A stretch of DNA of 64,000 bases from Octopus vulgaris (GCA_951406725.2 OX597818.1:22630001-22694000); one strand, 5' to 3'. Numbered from the stretch's first letter, positions 13,643 through 27,800 are shown. Numbers and translations are program-made. The notes: generated by a model not told the origin, from the letters alone.

Positions 13643-13963
13643 GTATATATATAAATATGAATTAGTATGAAATGTTACCTATAAGGTTTTTACTTCACGC
13701 TTGACACTTGATAAAAATCATTTGAGTGATTTTATCCTTAATTCTACACACACATACACACACATTTACAATGCTTTATTTTGTTTTGAATTTTTATTAA
13801 TAAAATTAGTCCAGGCATTATTTTGATGATCACTTAATATTCACTCAATATTCCTTTCAGAATAGGGCTTGTAGTGAAATAGTTTTGAAAAGATATTTAT
13901 ATTTTATTTGAAAATATTACATCTATATACTAATATATGCATGTATGAATGAATGTAAGTACG

Positions 13964-14030
<67 letters not shown>

Positions 14031-14220
14031 ATTACTGATGTGTTAGCATTGCTTTGTATTTACGCTATGTTGCACTATTGTATAAATCTATAGATATAAC
14101 TCAACACTGCTTGTGTAAGCCATATTTTAAGTAAAATTTCACTTACACAATTATACAGTGGACATTAAATGAAGGATCAGTTGGGCCAGTTTCGATTCAT
14201 GTGTTGGGATCTCATCGGCC

Positions 14221-15432
14221 AAGCCAGATTAAGGCCCACCGAGGCCCTAAGCACTCAAAAGATTTTGTTCCCCTATATGCATGTAATTCAAAACGTAAAC
14301 AATAATAAACAATAAAATAAATTTTTATATTTCAAAATGTAACAAAACTAACAATAAGATGGAAAATAACGTTTTATTTGGATACAATGAACATTTCGAA
14401 ATTATATTTTCAATAATATAAACCACTTCGAATATTATTTTAGCAAGTTCAAAGTGATTTCCTTTATACCGTGGACCATTTACCATTTTTGTGGTGCCTT
14501 CCCCTTCCCTTGGTGCACTACGAGGTCTGATCAATAAATATTCGGGCTAAAGCATGCAGAGTGCAGCCGCTTGGCACAGATTGACCTTAAACTCTGCTGT
14601 GCATGAACAGTAAGTTTTAACGTTCTAGCTCACTTCCACTGTTTATAGTAGTGCTTGGAAGGAAGGTGTGTAGCGTGTGATTGTCGCATTGACCATGATA
14701 GAGAAAGTTGTCATGGCGGTACCTGCTCAGAGACCTACGGAAAGTTGCAGAAAGTGTATGGAGAGAATAGTATGAGCCGCACACAAGTGTACGAGTGGTT
14801 CAGGTGTTTCTAAGATGGCCGAAAAATGTCGATAGTATCGAACGTTCTGGGAGACCCGAAACCAGCAGAACTGACAAAAAAACATTGCAGATGTGCGTGC
14901 AGCTATGAGGAGAAATCGTTGAATAACCATCCGTGAGTTATCAGAGGATGTGCAAATTAGTTACGGTTCAGTCCATTATCACTGAAAATTTGGGCATGTG
15001 ACGCGTGTCTGCCAAGTTTCTGGCAAAACTGCTTTCAGCTGACCAAAAGGACACTCGGGTTTCAGTTGCACAAGATCTCCTCGATTGTGTGGATAACGAT
15101 GAAAATATTTGGAATATTTCGCGTAAGCCTCTGAGCATGTATCACCAAGCTTTTGGCAAAATTTGATGCAGATTCTCTACTCAACTTTCTCTGTCATGGT
15201 CAATGCAACGATCATACGCTATATACGTTCCTTTCAAGCACTGCTGTAAACAGCAGAAGTAAGCTAGAACGTTAAAACTTAGTGTACATGCACAGTAGAT
15301 TTCAAGGTCAATCTGTTTCAAGCTGCTTCACTTTGTGTGCTTTAGCTTCGTTACTATGGCAACATTCCAGATACTTACTGGTCAGACCACGTATGCACGT
15401 TCTTATTTTGCTTAATGGTTAATCCAACGCTG
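14221..15432. mobile_element. Degenerate hAT-like MITE hosting the mariner insertion
   Basis: Ends gccagattaaggcc..ggccctaagcac and gcttaatggttaatccaacgctg resemble hAT-type termini. No clean TSD. Confidence 0.4.
14521..15391 (+). mobile_element. Non-autonomous mariner derivative with long inverted arms and transposase pseudogene
   Basis: TA-flanked, TIR cgaggtctgatcaataaatat / atacttactggtcagaccacg. Remnant MSRTQVYEWF..ITIRELSEDVQISYGSV..RVSAKFLAKLLSADQK contains stops and frameshifts. Confidence 0.9.
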
Positions 15433-15599
15433 ATCTACGTTTGTACGCGCTTGCCTAGTTCGGATTTTTTGAAGACGACGACAGCTTATTCTATTCATGC
15501 TACCGATGTTTATCCTGGAGGAAGGCCACAAACGTAGGGTGATAAACTTGGTGCGAGGCCGTAGCAGGTGTTACTGTCACAACGCAAAGACATCTCACC

Positions 15600-15790
15600 C
15601 AATTTTTTAACTCTTCTGCATCCCAATTCGAAGGGGGTGTCTCTCAAGAGTTCTAGCTTCCGCAGCGTAGACTCTAGCATCAGAACGTATAAAAGAGATG
15701 AGAGAGGACTCCCCCGATGCATCGAGCACGTGAACTGAAACGGTTCTGAGAGGCGGAGAGCACAACAAACCGGACTTAGCGATAGTAGAC
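15600..15790 (-). pseudogene. L1/Tx1-like reverse transcriptase fragment
   Basis: RGSPLSSLLYVLMLESTLRKL resembles the RT motif QGCPLSPLLYxLxLEPLLRxL. Confidence 0.65.
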
Positions 15791-16219
15791 AAAAACCACA
15801 TGTGCTCTATAATTAATGTTGTACACCCATTTGACCCACACATAAAAGAGAAAGTCAAAAAGTAGATGTATACAATGTTTTTAAATAAGAGATAGCCCGA
15901 CAGTTGAAGATGAAAAAGGCGAAGTTAGTGTCGATTATTGTTGGTAGGGACCTTGGGGACAGTATTAAAAGATATTTAGAGGAACATAAAAGAAATGAGA
16001 ATAGAATACCCAGTAGAGCTAATGCGAAAGTTGCCTCCAGGGCACGGAATCACCAGGAAAGTATTAGACAGTTGGAGAGAACAAATAGCATGGTACCGAA
16101 GGCCGTAAGTAGTAAGTCCACTACTCATGCAAGACTTCAGGAGTTCCAACAAAACCTGAGTTAAAATAATAATAATAATAATAATAATGATGATAATAAC
16201 AACAGCAACAGCAGTAGCA

Positions 16220-16410
16220 GTGGAGGCGCAATGGCTCAGTGGTTAGGGCAGTAGACTCGTGATCATAAGAACGCAGTTTCGATTCCCAGACCGGGCATTG
16301 TGTTTATTGAGCAAAAACACCTACGCTCCACGATGCTCCGGTGGAGGTGGTGGTGTTGGTGGTGGGGAGACGCCACTGTACTCTTTCACCACAACTTTCT
16401 CTCACTCTTT
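16220..16410 (+). mobile_element. tRNA-derived SINE, same family as 366-664 (5' part)
   Basis: gtggaggcgcaatggctcagtggttaggg..gtttcgattcccagacc..tgtttattgagc. Confidence 0.8.
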
Positions 16411-16623
16411 CTTCCTATTTTTGCCACGAAGCAGAGGAACCATGGTGTAACCCACTATGCTCGAATTAGAGATTATTCTTTGTGGTTAATAGCGTGAGTC
16501 CTGATTGGAAGAAGAAGAAGAAGAAAAAGAAGAAGAAGAAGAAGAAGAAGAAGAAGAAGACAGCACTAGCAGTAGCAGCACCAGAGTAGTAGTAGTAGTA
16601 GTAGTTGTAAAGGTGGTGGTGTT

Positions 16624-16815
16624 TTCTGCTTTAGGCACGAAGCCAGCAATTTTGAGGTGGGGGATTAGTCGATACCATCAAATCAAGTATAGGCCTGGTA
16701 TTTTAATTTATCGATTTCGGAGTGAAGAAAAGGCAATCATTCTCGCCTTGATTTGAAGTCAGAAAGGTAAAGAGACATTTTTCCGACGCTCTAACGATTC
16801 TGCTAAATCCGCCGC
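16624..16815 (-). mobile_element. SINE family S2, diverged
   Basis: Similar to the reverse complement of gcagaatcgttag..gtcgataaattaagtacc. Confidence 0.6.
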
Positions 16816-17636
16816 TAAATAATAACATTAATAAGCCCGTCTAAATGCTTAGCAAAACACAATAAAAGCTTTCCTTTCACCCAACTATATAACACAATAT
16901 CTAAGATTGTATCTTGATTTGATCACAGACTTTTTGTTGGGAACAAGAGAGAGACAAAGAGAGAGAGAGAGAGAGAAAGAGAAAAAATAAAGAGAGAAAG
17001 AGAAAAAATAAAGAGAGAAGGGCGGAATTAGGGAGAGAAAGAGGGAAAGTGGGGGTAGGTGGGGGTATATAACTGCGTGTGCGTTTGTTTGTACTGGGAA
17101 AAATGCATTCCGTGAAATTGCACCGTATGCACTTTACAAATCCAATCATTTGCAAAAGAATCCTGTTTTTGTTTCTCTTTACATTTTTTTCTTAATTTGC
17201 TGCATGAATGAAATATTTATAATGGATACATAGACACATACATACATACATACATACATACATACATACATACATACATACATACATACATACACAAACA
17301 CAAACACATATATTTATACATACGTACACTTAAGTGTACATGTGTGTGTGTATGTGTGTGTGTATAGACAGGGAAATATGTATATATGTGGGTGTGTATG
17401 CGTGCGTGTGTATGTATGCATATTCACATGCATATACATACATATATGTTTGTAGATAGGTATATATACACTCACGGGTACTCTACATGAATATGTATAT
17501 ATATATACATACACACACTCATGTACACACACATATATCGATATTTATAAGTATATATACATATATGTTTGCGTATTGTGCAAATGTATGTATGCGAGCC
17601 CGTGTGTGTGTGTGTGTGTGTATACATATGTATATA

Positions 17637-17697
<61 letters not shown>

Positions 17698-17843
17698 CAC
17701 GAATTTGTTTTCGGATGTACAGTACTGATAACTGAACTTTTTATTTTCTACAAGAAATTTTCTTACTCCTTGGCTCATAAACGAGCACAAAAATAGTTGT
17801 ACTTTGCACGGAGTATTGTCTCCATTGAAAATTCTCTTCTATA

Positions 17844-17979
<136 letters not shown>

Positions 17980-18264
17980 CATACATATATACTCACACAC
18001 ACACAGATATGTATGTATGTATGTATGTATGTTTGTATGTATGTATATGTATACATTTATGCATACACAGACATGTATATACACATATACACAAACTACA
18101 TATTTATTTATTTATTTATTTTTATTTTTATTTTATCTAGTTTCAGCTCACGAGCTGTGGCCATGCTGGGGCACCGCCATATATAGAGAGATACATATAT
18201 ACACACACACACACATACACATATACATATATATATATATAATATGTGTGTGTTTATGCGTGTA

Positions 18265-18298
<34 letters not shown>

Positions 18299-18310
18299 CA
18301 TGTATGTTTG

Positions 18311-18382
<72 letters not shown>

Positions 18383-18759
18383 CATACGTACACACACACA
18401 CACTCAAGCAAATGCGTGTGTGTGAGTGTGTATGTTAAGTATATGTCGGATTCATTTGAATCAAGTTATTTTAATATAAAGGACACTATGCGAGGGTCGA
18501 GATCTGCACAACCGTGTATATACTATATACAAACTCATCCACATATATACCTATGCATATACAGACATATTTTCACACTCATATACACATGTACAAGAAC
18601 ATGTCGATATTCACATACATATAGATATATACATGTACATGAAATTATTTACCCATGTACACCAGCTTGCAGTTTTGCAATCAAGTGTAAGTTCCAGATC
18701 CAACAAGGAGAAGGTTCCAGGTATGGTGTTTACATAAGATAACACAAGTGAGTAAAGAT

Positions 18760-18839
18760 TCTCTACAGCTGTTTTAAACGTATTTTTATTGATGAATAAG
18801 TCGATTACACAAGGAAAAATAACCATTTTCTTCAGGTGA
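18760..18839 (-). ncRNA. Degenerate type I hammerhead
   Basis: Minus strand: tcac CUGAAGA aaatg..cgttt aAAAC agct GUA gaga. G12 is mutated and stem I has one mismatch. Confidence 0.5.
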
Positions 18840-18878
18840 CTTAGAATTTAAAATTTGGTTCGGAGAAAAAATACCAAG

Positions 18879-19381
18879 GGATCTTTTCGGTTTGAACGGC
18901 AGTTTTTTAAAAATAATTTCCACGTAACTAAACACTTTTAAACTTCGTATACTGGTAGAATGTGTTTATAAAACATCTTTTTCTCTTGGCTTACAAATTC
19001 TATAGTTTGTAAGATATTTGTTGTTTTTTCTTCTTCAATTTCTGCAATTTCAACCAATCAAACTATTGGGGGAAAACATTCTGTGCCGTATGAGGTGAAA
19101 ACATTCTGTGCCGTATGAGGTGAAAACATTCTGTGCCGTATGAGGTGAAAGCATTGTGCCCTCGTTTAAGAAACAGATTGGGTTTATTTACATTTCTGAA
19201 GAAAAAAAAGATACCCTTCCCCCCAACCCTAACCCTAACCTTAACTAACCATAACTAACCCTAACTAAACCTAACCCTAAAACGGATTGAAATGCAATAG
19301 ATCGATACTAGGGTCATAATTATGGTTGACAATTTCATATGACACCGCTAGAAAAAACTGCCGTTCAAACCGAAAAGATCC
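18879..19381. mobile_element. Merlin-like MITE with telomere-like repeats
   Basis: 30-bp TIR ggatcttttcggtttgaacggcagtttttt and 8-bp TSD ataccaag. Internal 25-bp tandem x3 (19072-19146) and (taaccc)-like array (19225-19281). Confidence 0.85.
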
Positions 19382-19852
19382 ATACCAAGATATGGGATGT
19401 GGATTGATCTTTTCAGGAGAACCGGTGGCGAACAAACATAGATTGAGTATGTGTGGTCGATAATATTTACAACTCTAGTGCTGCTTTTAATTCATAACTG
19501 AATTTATTATTACGTAATTATCATCATGTCATACCAGCAAATGGTTTTTACGTCATTTGTATATAGTTGTGGAGTGGTGATTCACTTTGTACCTGTTCCG
19601 ATTCGGGAACGTGGTGTTGATAAGCCATAAAATAGCGAAATATCGGCGTCCATCGTTATTGAAGACAGGATGCGACTTGTCACACCTGTCAATGACTTCC
19701 AGGTGTTTTAACACACGACGTTGTGAAGGAGCCGTCCCTGCAAGCGCTATAAGGCAGTGAGCCGGCAAACAAATGAAACACATACACTGAGCATGCGCGG
19801 TCGATAATCTACACACACACACACACACAATATATATATATATATATAAGGT

Positions 19853-19901
<49 letters not shown>

Positions 19902-19920
19902 TTATATATATATATATATA

Positions 19921-20011
<91 letters not shown>

Positions 20012-20187
20012 TATATATATATAAGGTGAGGGAGAGAGAGTGGTGTATGTGTGTTTGTATTTTTGTGTGTGAGTGTTTGCATATGCGAGTGTGTGTATCT
20101 TTATTTCATAGGTTTGTCTACCTAACTTTGCTAATCCTGCACTGAATAAAGAACTCAAACATTAAGTAACATATGCTTTATTTTATA

Positions 20188-20508
20188 CAGTAGGACCTCG
20201 ATTAACAAATTTAGTTCGTTCCTGAAGACCGTTCGTCACCCGAAATATTCGTAAACCGAAACTGCTTTTCCCATAGGAAACTCAAGAGAAGGTACGACGA
20301 ATTCGAACTACCATGTGCACTGAGCGAAAGCTAAATAACAACTGAGTCTCTCCTACTGATATTCCCAACTTGTCGCCAATCGTTGTTGCCGGTTTGTGTG
20401 CTCGTTACTAGAAATATCTTTCGTCACTCGAGACGTGTAATGTTCGAAAAATTGTTCGTAAACGGATTTGTTCGTGATGAGAGGCGTTCGTAAAACAAGG
20501 TTCCATTG
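20188..20508. mobile_element. pogo/Tigger-like MITE
   Basis: TA + cagtaggacctcg ... caaggttccattg + TA, with repeated gttcgt subterminal motifs. Confidence 0.75.
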
Positions 20509-20899
20509 TATGTATTTTTCGTTCTCTTGGTATTGTTTTTGGTGCTGAACTCAAAAGTAATCTTTATTTCTGACTGTCATTGATATTTTCGGAAATAAAT
20601 TTTATTTTAAACCTTAATATAATAAAATCTTCGCCTATGACTAATATTGAATTCAATTTTATTCCCGCGTAGAGAGAGAAAAAAAATCAATTTCGTGTTT
20701 AATTTACTCAAAATTTGATAAATAAGTGATTTTAAGAAGAAAAATATTGACAAACTCGACAGTATATATTTAATTTTTTTCAGCATTCTTCAAATAAATG
20801 TTATTTATTCATAAACTCAAAATTTTATGTGTATTTTATTCAATAATTTCCCCATAAAATTTTGAAAATAAAGCATGTCAGTGTCGTCAGAAATTCATT

Positions 20900-21385
20900 T
20901 TTCAACCACATAATTTAGGGTTCAGTCCCAATGAGTGGTACTTTGGGCAAGTTTCTTCCACTATAATAGCCCCGAATCGACCAAAGCCTTGAGAGTGGAT
21001 GTGATAGACGGAAACTGAGAGAAGCTCGTTGTATGTATGTATGTATTTATGTATGTATGTATGTATGTATGTATGTATGTATGTATGTATGTATGTATGT
21101 ATGTATGTATGTATGTATGTGTGTACGTATGTATGTATGTATGTATGTATGTATGTATATATGTATGTGTGTGCGCATAGAGGTGGTATATATGTGTGTA
21201 TGTGTTTGTGTCTGTGTTCCAGCATCTCGTCTGACGACAGCAGGTCGGTGAAAGAGACCGACATAATAAGTACCAGGATTAAAAAAAAATAAGACTTGCG
21301 ATCGATTTGTTCGACTACAATCTCGAAGGTAATGATCCCCACATGGCCGCATTCCTATGACTGAAACAACTAAAAGTTTAAAAGT
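20900..21385 (+). mobile_element. SINE family S1 with expanded internal (TATG)n
   Basis: S1 5' and 3' halves flank the microsatellite. Confidence 0.85.
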
Positions 21386-22506
21386 ATTGACAAACCTAGA
21401 AAATATAGAACAGTTTTAAAATCAAAGCTACATAGGCGCAGGCATGGCTGTGTGGGTTAAAAAGCTTACTTCCCAAACATGTGCTCTCCAGTTCAATCCC
21501 ATTGCGCGGCTGTTAATCTTGCAATGGTGTTCACTAAAGTTTTCGATAATTTTCACAATAGCCTAGTTACCCCTCAAACGAAGCATAAAAGCAAGCATCA
21601 TCTTGAAATTCCTCTACACATCTCACATAAATTCTGCAAAGATTATTTAGGGAAGAAACCGTTTAACATTTTCAGAGTCTCCTTTCAATTTTATCCAATG
21701 TTGCAAGAAGCAGAAACGGATATTGGTTTCCACTGTGAAGTAAAACTGTGTTGAGGCTGTGACTTGAGCTGTAAAAAACATTTCTTTCCAGCATATATTT
21801 ACATGCTGATTTACTATGAGGGTTTCAGAGTCGTCTGCCTTGTAGTACACTGTGCTGAGGATAACTAAACAAAATAGAAATACGTTTAACATTTGCACAG
21901 AGGCCGCATTGAAACGAATATTGGTCTTTATTAACATATATTACCCAAAACGATAATACTTCTTAGGGACAAATAGCAGTGAACACGTCTTTGCATATAA
22001 TATATATGAACTGATCTAAATATATATGTGTATGTGTGTGTGTGTGTGTGTTAATGTATTTGTTTTGCAGGATTTCTAATGTGAATTCATGTGTAGAAAC
22101 AAACATTGTTATATTTCGGGGACGGTCAGTTTTGGGTCAAATAAACTCACGCACTATATATTCGTTCTTCACTTGAGCTATATTATTGGTCTTATTTAGT
22201 ATCCTTCAGCGACTTTCTGTCTCACGTGTCTCCTCCTCTTCTGTTTTCTCCATTTAGAATGGAGGAGACTCATGGGGTGGAGAGAAACTGAAGAGGTCGC
22301 AGGTTGTGTGAAGAAAGATTTCAGAAAAAGGACACTAAAATAAGAACAATAACAAAGCTGAAGTGAAGAACGAATATATAGTGAGCATGTTTATTTGACA
22401 AAAAAAAAAAAAAAAAAAGAGAAGAAAATGACCACCCGAAATATGTATATATATATAATAAAAAATATGTATGAGTGTAATTGTGTGAGTGTATGTGTGT
22501 GTGCGT

Positions 22507-22564
<58 letters not shown>

Positions 22565-22786
22565 CCAAATACATAAATGCATACATCCCAAATTTACTAC
22601 AGCAAATAAGTAAAGCTAATAGTTTCTGTGCAGAATGTGAGCATTAATCATAAACAAAGTAGAGAGTATGTAAGCGGTGTGAGGTGGTATCGCCATATAT
22701 AAAATAATGTTACTGGCATAGCAGCAAAGTTATGAATGAAGAAATTTCAATGATTTCATAGATATGTATGTAAATATATGTATGTG

Positions 22787-22818
<32 letters not shown>

Positions 22819-22993
22819 TGTATGTATGTATGTATGTATGTATGTATGTATGTATGTATGTATGTGTGTGTGTATGTATGTATGTATGTATGTATGTGTA
22901 TGTGTATGTATGAATGTATGTAGGTATGTATGTATGTAAATATGTATATTATTATTATCATCATTGTTTTTATTATTATTATTATTATTATTA

Positions 22994-23049
<56 letters not shown>

Positions 23050-23198
23050 GTGTACGGAATTTTGTCAGTGAACAGGTCGCGGTCTCAAAGCGACGAAAAT
23101 TAAATTTAAATGTTGAAGTGAATCTAACGGTTATTGTGTGTTTTTTAAATGGCTTATAAACACCTTCCACACTGCAATTGTAGAGAATTACATGAATA

Positions 23199-23423
23199 TA
23201 GTAATCCCTCAACTATCGCGGGTGTTACGTTCCAACACCTCATGCAATAGGTGAAAATCCGCGAAGTAGAACCAATACTGTACTGTATATATTTTTAAAT
23301 TATTTTTATAATTTGTATATACTTATTTTATTATAACTGCGTAAAAACACCACGGAAGAATCGACGTGAACTTAAATAACAAACCGTGATAGGTTAACCT
23401 CGATAGGTGACGAGGGATTACTG
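23199..23423. mobile_element. pogo/Tigger-like MITE
   Basis: TA + tagtaatccctc ... gagggattactg + TA. Confidence 0.8.
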
Positions 23424-23639
23424 TATAAATGTATCTATATATTTGTATATATATATGTATCTATATATACATATATATACAAACACGCATGCATACACAC
23501 ACATATATAAACGCACATTTTATATGCATACACGTATGTATATATGTGTATATATAAACCTATATATAACTTATATATATACAATATATTTCCATTCTCT
23601 CACACACTCAATCTTTCCTGCCTCTTCCTCTCTCTCTAT

Positions 23640-23673
<34 letters not shown>

Positions 23674-23734
23674 GGAGTAAACACATAAATGTGAAACAAG
23701 GTGGAAAAAAGAGTACTCAAATACCAGCGGTAGA

Positions 23735-23914
<180 letters not shown>

Positions 23915-23940
23915 TTATATATATATATACATATATATAT

Positions 23941-24258
23941 AAGTTCAGCAAAAATTTAGATTCAAATGAATATGGTACTTAATTTAGATGCACCAGAATT
24001 TTGTATGGTGTTATCCCTAAAAATCCGTGGGGTGATTATAATCAAAATAAGCAACAAGAATGACTCCGGTAATTTGGTACGATCGTTTCGTACTACATCA
24101 TTTTATTAAATGTTGTAAGTATTAATGGAAAACCTCTATAATTGGCTGATGAGTACTCAGCATCTTAAATCTGTTGTAATACTTACAACATTTAATAAAA
24201 TGATGTAGTACGAAACGATCGTACCAAATTACAGGAGTCATTCTTGTTGCTTATTTTG

Positions 24259-24264
<6 letters not shown>
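23941..24264. mobile_element. Penelope-like inverted pLTR pair inside (TA)n
   Basis: 24037-24124 is the near-perfect reverse complement of 24177-24264. Both arms point outward to (TA)n. Confidence 0.75.
24139..24231 (+). ncRNA. Type I hammerhead ribozyme
   Basis: taattgg CUGAUGA gtact..agtac GAAAC gatc GUA ccaaatta. Stem III acgatcgt is palindromic. Confidence 0.85.
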
Positions 24265-24326
<62 letters not shown>

Positions 24327-24434
24327 AATAAGTAGGCATTGAAAATTGGTAATAAAATCCATATTCCTTTTACAAATTTATTGAAACAAATGATATATGT
24401 TCTTTATTACATAGGAAAATTAAAGTAAATCTTC

Positions 24435-24880
24435 ATATTCCAACATAAGCACCGGTGGCGCCAACCAGTTTCCCTAAACGGCCAGGGATGGAATGAACAA
24501 CGTTCTGAAGGATGTCGTCTGGGATATCATTGAGAACCTCCTGAATCCGTATCCCCAAGTCCTCCAGTGTGCGAGATTTTGTCTTCTATATCTCTTTTGT
24601 GCAACCTCATATGTAAAAATCACATGGAGTGAGATCTGGACTTCTTGAAGGCCATTCATGAAGTCCGCGTCGTCCCATCAGGTTAGAGCTGCTGCACGTA
24701 ATGGGGTTTCTACGGACGAAAATTCAATTCTTTATGCAACATCGTACGTATTGTCTGTCTTATTAGTTCACTTTCACTAGCTGCTTGACGTGTTGACTTT
24801 TGAGGGCTGTGATTAAACATTCCTGCACTGTTGACACGTTCTCAACTGATCGGGATGTGCACAACAACTTTTTACAGATA
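24435..24880 (-). pseudogene. Tc1/mariner-superfamily transposase remnant (internal deletion)
   Basis: Minus strand gives SPQKSTRQAASE..LHKELNFRP*KPHYVQQL and WPSRSPDLTPCDF..TLEDLGIRIQEVLNDIP. Confidence 0.8.
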
Positions 24881-24881
24881 G

Positions 24882-26032
24882 CCTGGGGGAATTTCGAACC
24901 TGGGTTCTCATTCCTAAGGTATTTTTCCGAACTCGGAATCTTGGGGTTAGTAGCCCGCGCTCTTAACCACTAAGCCATATGCCCGTGGGCAGTTATGGAG
25001 TGAATTTTAGGGCTTATAGATCTAATATTTTTCTATCCTTCCTTATGACTGCGATATGTTGATGACACCTTTATACTCTGGCCCCACCAGGAAGATGTCC
25101 AAGTACTGTTAGATCATGTGAACTCAATAAAGCCGTCCATACAGTTCACAGTGGAAAAAGAAAAAGACAATCAGCTAGCACTCCTGGACATATTAATAAC
25201 AAGCACCAAGTATGGATCCGTATACCGCAAGCCAACCGTCACTGGACGATACCTCAACTTCAATTCCCACCATCCACGAGAGGGATTGTTCAGTGCCTAA
25301 AACATCGAGCAAAGAATATAAGTAGCGATCCTGATACACACCACGAAGAAATGATCAAATTAAGTAACGATCTATTAAGCAACAACTACTCCAGAAACAT
25401 ACTATCCACTCCAATTATGAAGAGAAGAGAAGATGAAACCCATAAACTGACCATAGTCTACCCTATGTGAAAGGCCTCTCCGAAAAGATACAAAAGATAT
25501 GCGGCCCATATGACATTATGACATTATTCAAGAGTAATACAACGCTTCACAAATATCTCCGATTAAAACCACCAATAGAAGAGAATTAGACCAAAGACTG
25601 CATGTGCTCCATCCCATGCTGCTGTGATAGGTTATACAAAGGCGAAACATGCCGTCCCCTCAAAATAAGGGTAGAAGAACATCGCAAAGCTGTGACACGA
25701 GGAGTTATTTATAAATCGGGTATGGCTGATCATGTATGGAAAAACGGAGACCACCTCTCCCTGAGGGATGAAGTTAAAATAATAGACAGAGAACACCACT
25801 GGAAAATACGAAAACTAAAAGAGGTAGCACATATGCTAGGACATAATAACCTCTAAGCAGACCTAGTGCAGATATGAGTAGCATATGGGAACTGGTATCA
25901 AGGAAGGATAGGAAAATATTAGATTTATAAGCCCTAAAAATCCACTTCATAGATGCCCACGGACATATGGCGTACTGGTTAAGAGCGCGGGATACTAAAC
26001 CCAAAATTCCGAGTTCGGTTCCAGGCAGTGAC
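24882..26032 (+). mobile_element. 5'-truncated Penelope-like element (RT + GIY-YIG) with inverted terminal repeat containing a tRNA-like sequence
   Basis: About 24930-25044 is the reverse complement of about 25900-26016. It splits the transposase remnant. Confidence 0.85.
25049..25930 (+). pseudogene. Penelope-like reverse transcriptase / GIY-YIG endonuclease, disrupted
   Basis: RYVDDTF..IQFTVEKE..LLDILI..SVYRKPTVTGRYLNFNSHHP, then SIPCCCDRLYKGETCRPLKIRVEEH..SGMADHVW..RKLKE. Contains stops and frameshifts. Confidence 0.9.
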
Positions 26033-26335
26033 GACAATTTTTTATTGTCTCCAGATGTAGTGTTACATGCACACCACCACCTCTGAACTAAAACAATTGA
26101 ATTCCACACTTCATAGCGTGCTGCTATGTTAGTTCGCTCCTGAACAACACACGCGTGGTCAAAAAGAAACACTACTTTTCACCAGCACGGCGTGAACGAC
26201 AGTGATGTGTCTCCCTAGCGTGAAGCTTCCTATCCCGGACATGTGAGCATGCGCACAACAGCCGAACACCACGTCGCTGGAATTGTGAAGCGCACATTTC
26301 TATACAAGGGTTTTTGTATTTTTTCCCCATAAACT
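26033..26335 (-). pseudogene. 5' end of the same Tc1/mariner-type element (N-terminal HTH remnant)
   Basis: QERTNIAARYEVWNSIVLVQRWW lies on the same strand, upstream of the 24435-24880 remnant. Confidence 0.65.
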
Positions 26336-26950
26336 AGGGGATGGCTACTGACATTAAGCTTAAGGATTATATAATGTACAAGTATAAGGAAAGAATTAAA
26401 GAAAAAAACTCATTATATCGAATGTTATCGATAATATCGAGTGGAAATAGGGGGGAGCTGCAGTTCCGCAGTGCTTCTACACGAGCCACCACTGAAAAGA
26501 ATATAATTACAATGGCCGCTGTTACGAACGGCTTTGTGGTAGCTTTTTTTGCTGCTAGATTTCCCTCAAATAACATTCAAGGATTAAATACAACAGATGT
26601 TGTTGCTGTACATATTCCTCAATAAGCCGAAATCGCCATGGTTGGAATGTCTTATATCATGGATTTTTTCCCGATCAAGATCGATCTGGGATCATATTGC
26701 AACGACACCGACGACAGCAACAATAACAGCACTGTTCTCACCATCACCATCACCATCACCATCACCATCACTACGTCATTCTAACACCCGCTGCTCCCCC
26801 ACCCCACAAATATTCATATGCATATCCTTATCCATACACCCAGTACTTTACCATTGCACTACAACACTCAGTCACTATCTCACCATTTTCCTACACTCAC
26901 ATCCAGACGTCCAATACAACGCCGCCATCATCATCGTCACCACCACCACC

Positions 26951-27013
<63 letters not shown>

Positions 27014-27014
27014 G

Positions 27015-27050
<36 letters not shown>

Positions 27051-27546
27051 CCATCATCATCAAAACCTTCAAACTCATCTTTTTCCGGGGACCCGACGAA
27101 TCTTGCACCAAATTACCTACCACTCATAAGCTCCGCCTCTACCTTTCAGTCCACCTCCTACTTATACCTTAAGTCGTATCTCCTCCTTTTTCGCCTGCCC
27201 TTTTACTCATCTGCGGTCACGTGATGTACACCCAATAAACACGCACGTCTTACCTCACTGCGTTTTTTAGTTTCTTTCACAAATGGGATGTGTTGGCGGC
27301 ATTTTGGCTTTGATCTCGTTGCATGTTTGTGTATATGTGTCTCCGTTGTTGTGTATATGTGTCTCCGTTGTTGTGTGTATGTGTGTGTGTGAGTGTAATG
27401 GGTGTGTTCTGAGTGTTGTGTGTATGTTTGAGTACATGCTTGTCTGTTGTGTATGTATGAAGCATGTATGCGCTTGTAATATGTGTATGAATGTATGCAA
27501 TGTATGCAGCTAGTGATTTGCTTTGTGTGTGCGTGTGTGTGTGTGT

Positions 27547-27603
<57 letters not shown>

Positions 27604-27681
27604 GATGAGGAAAGAGAATAGGTTAATTGATGGGGGTTCTGTCCTGTCTGCTGAATAAAACATTTGCTTCTGTGATGCCGA

Positions 27682-27757
<76 letters not shown>

Positions 27758-27800
27758 GTATGATGATGATGATGACGACGGCGACAACGACGACGACGAC

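Noticed and set aside
19072-19146. CRISPR-like 25-bp repeats
   Set aside because: No spacers. This is a simple tandem duplication inside a MITE in eukaryotic DNA.
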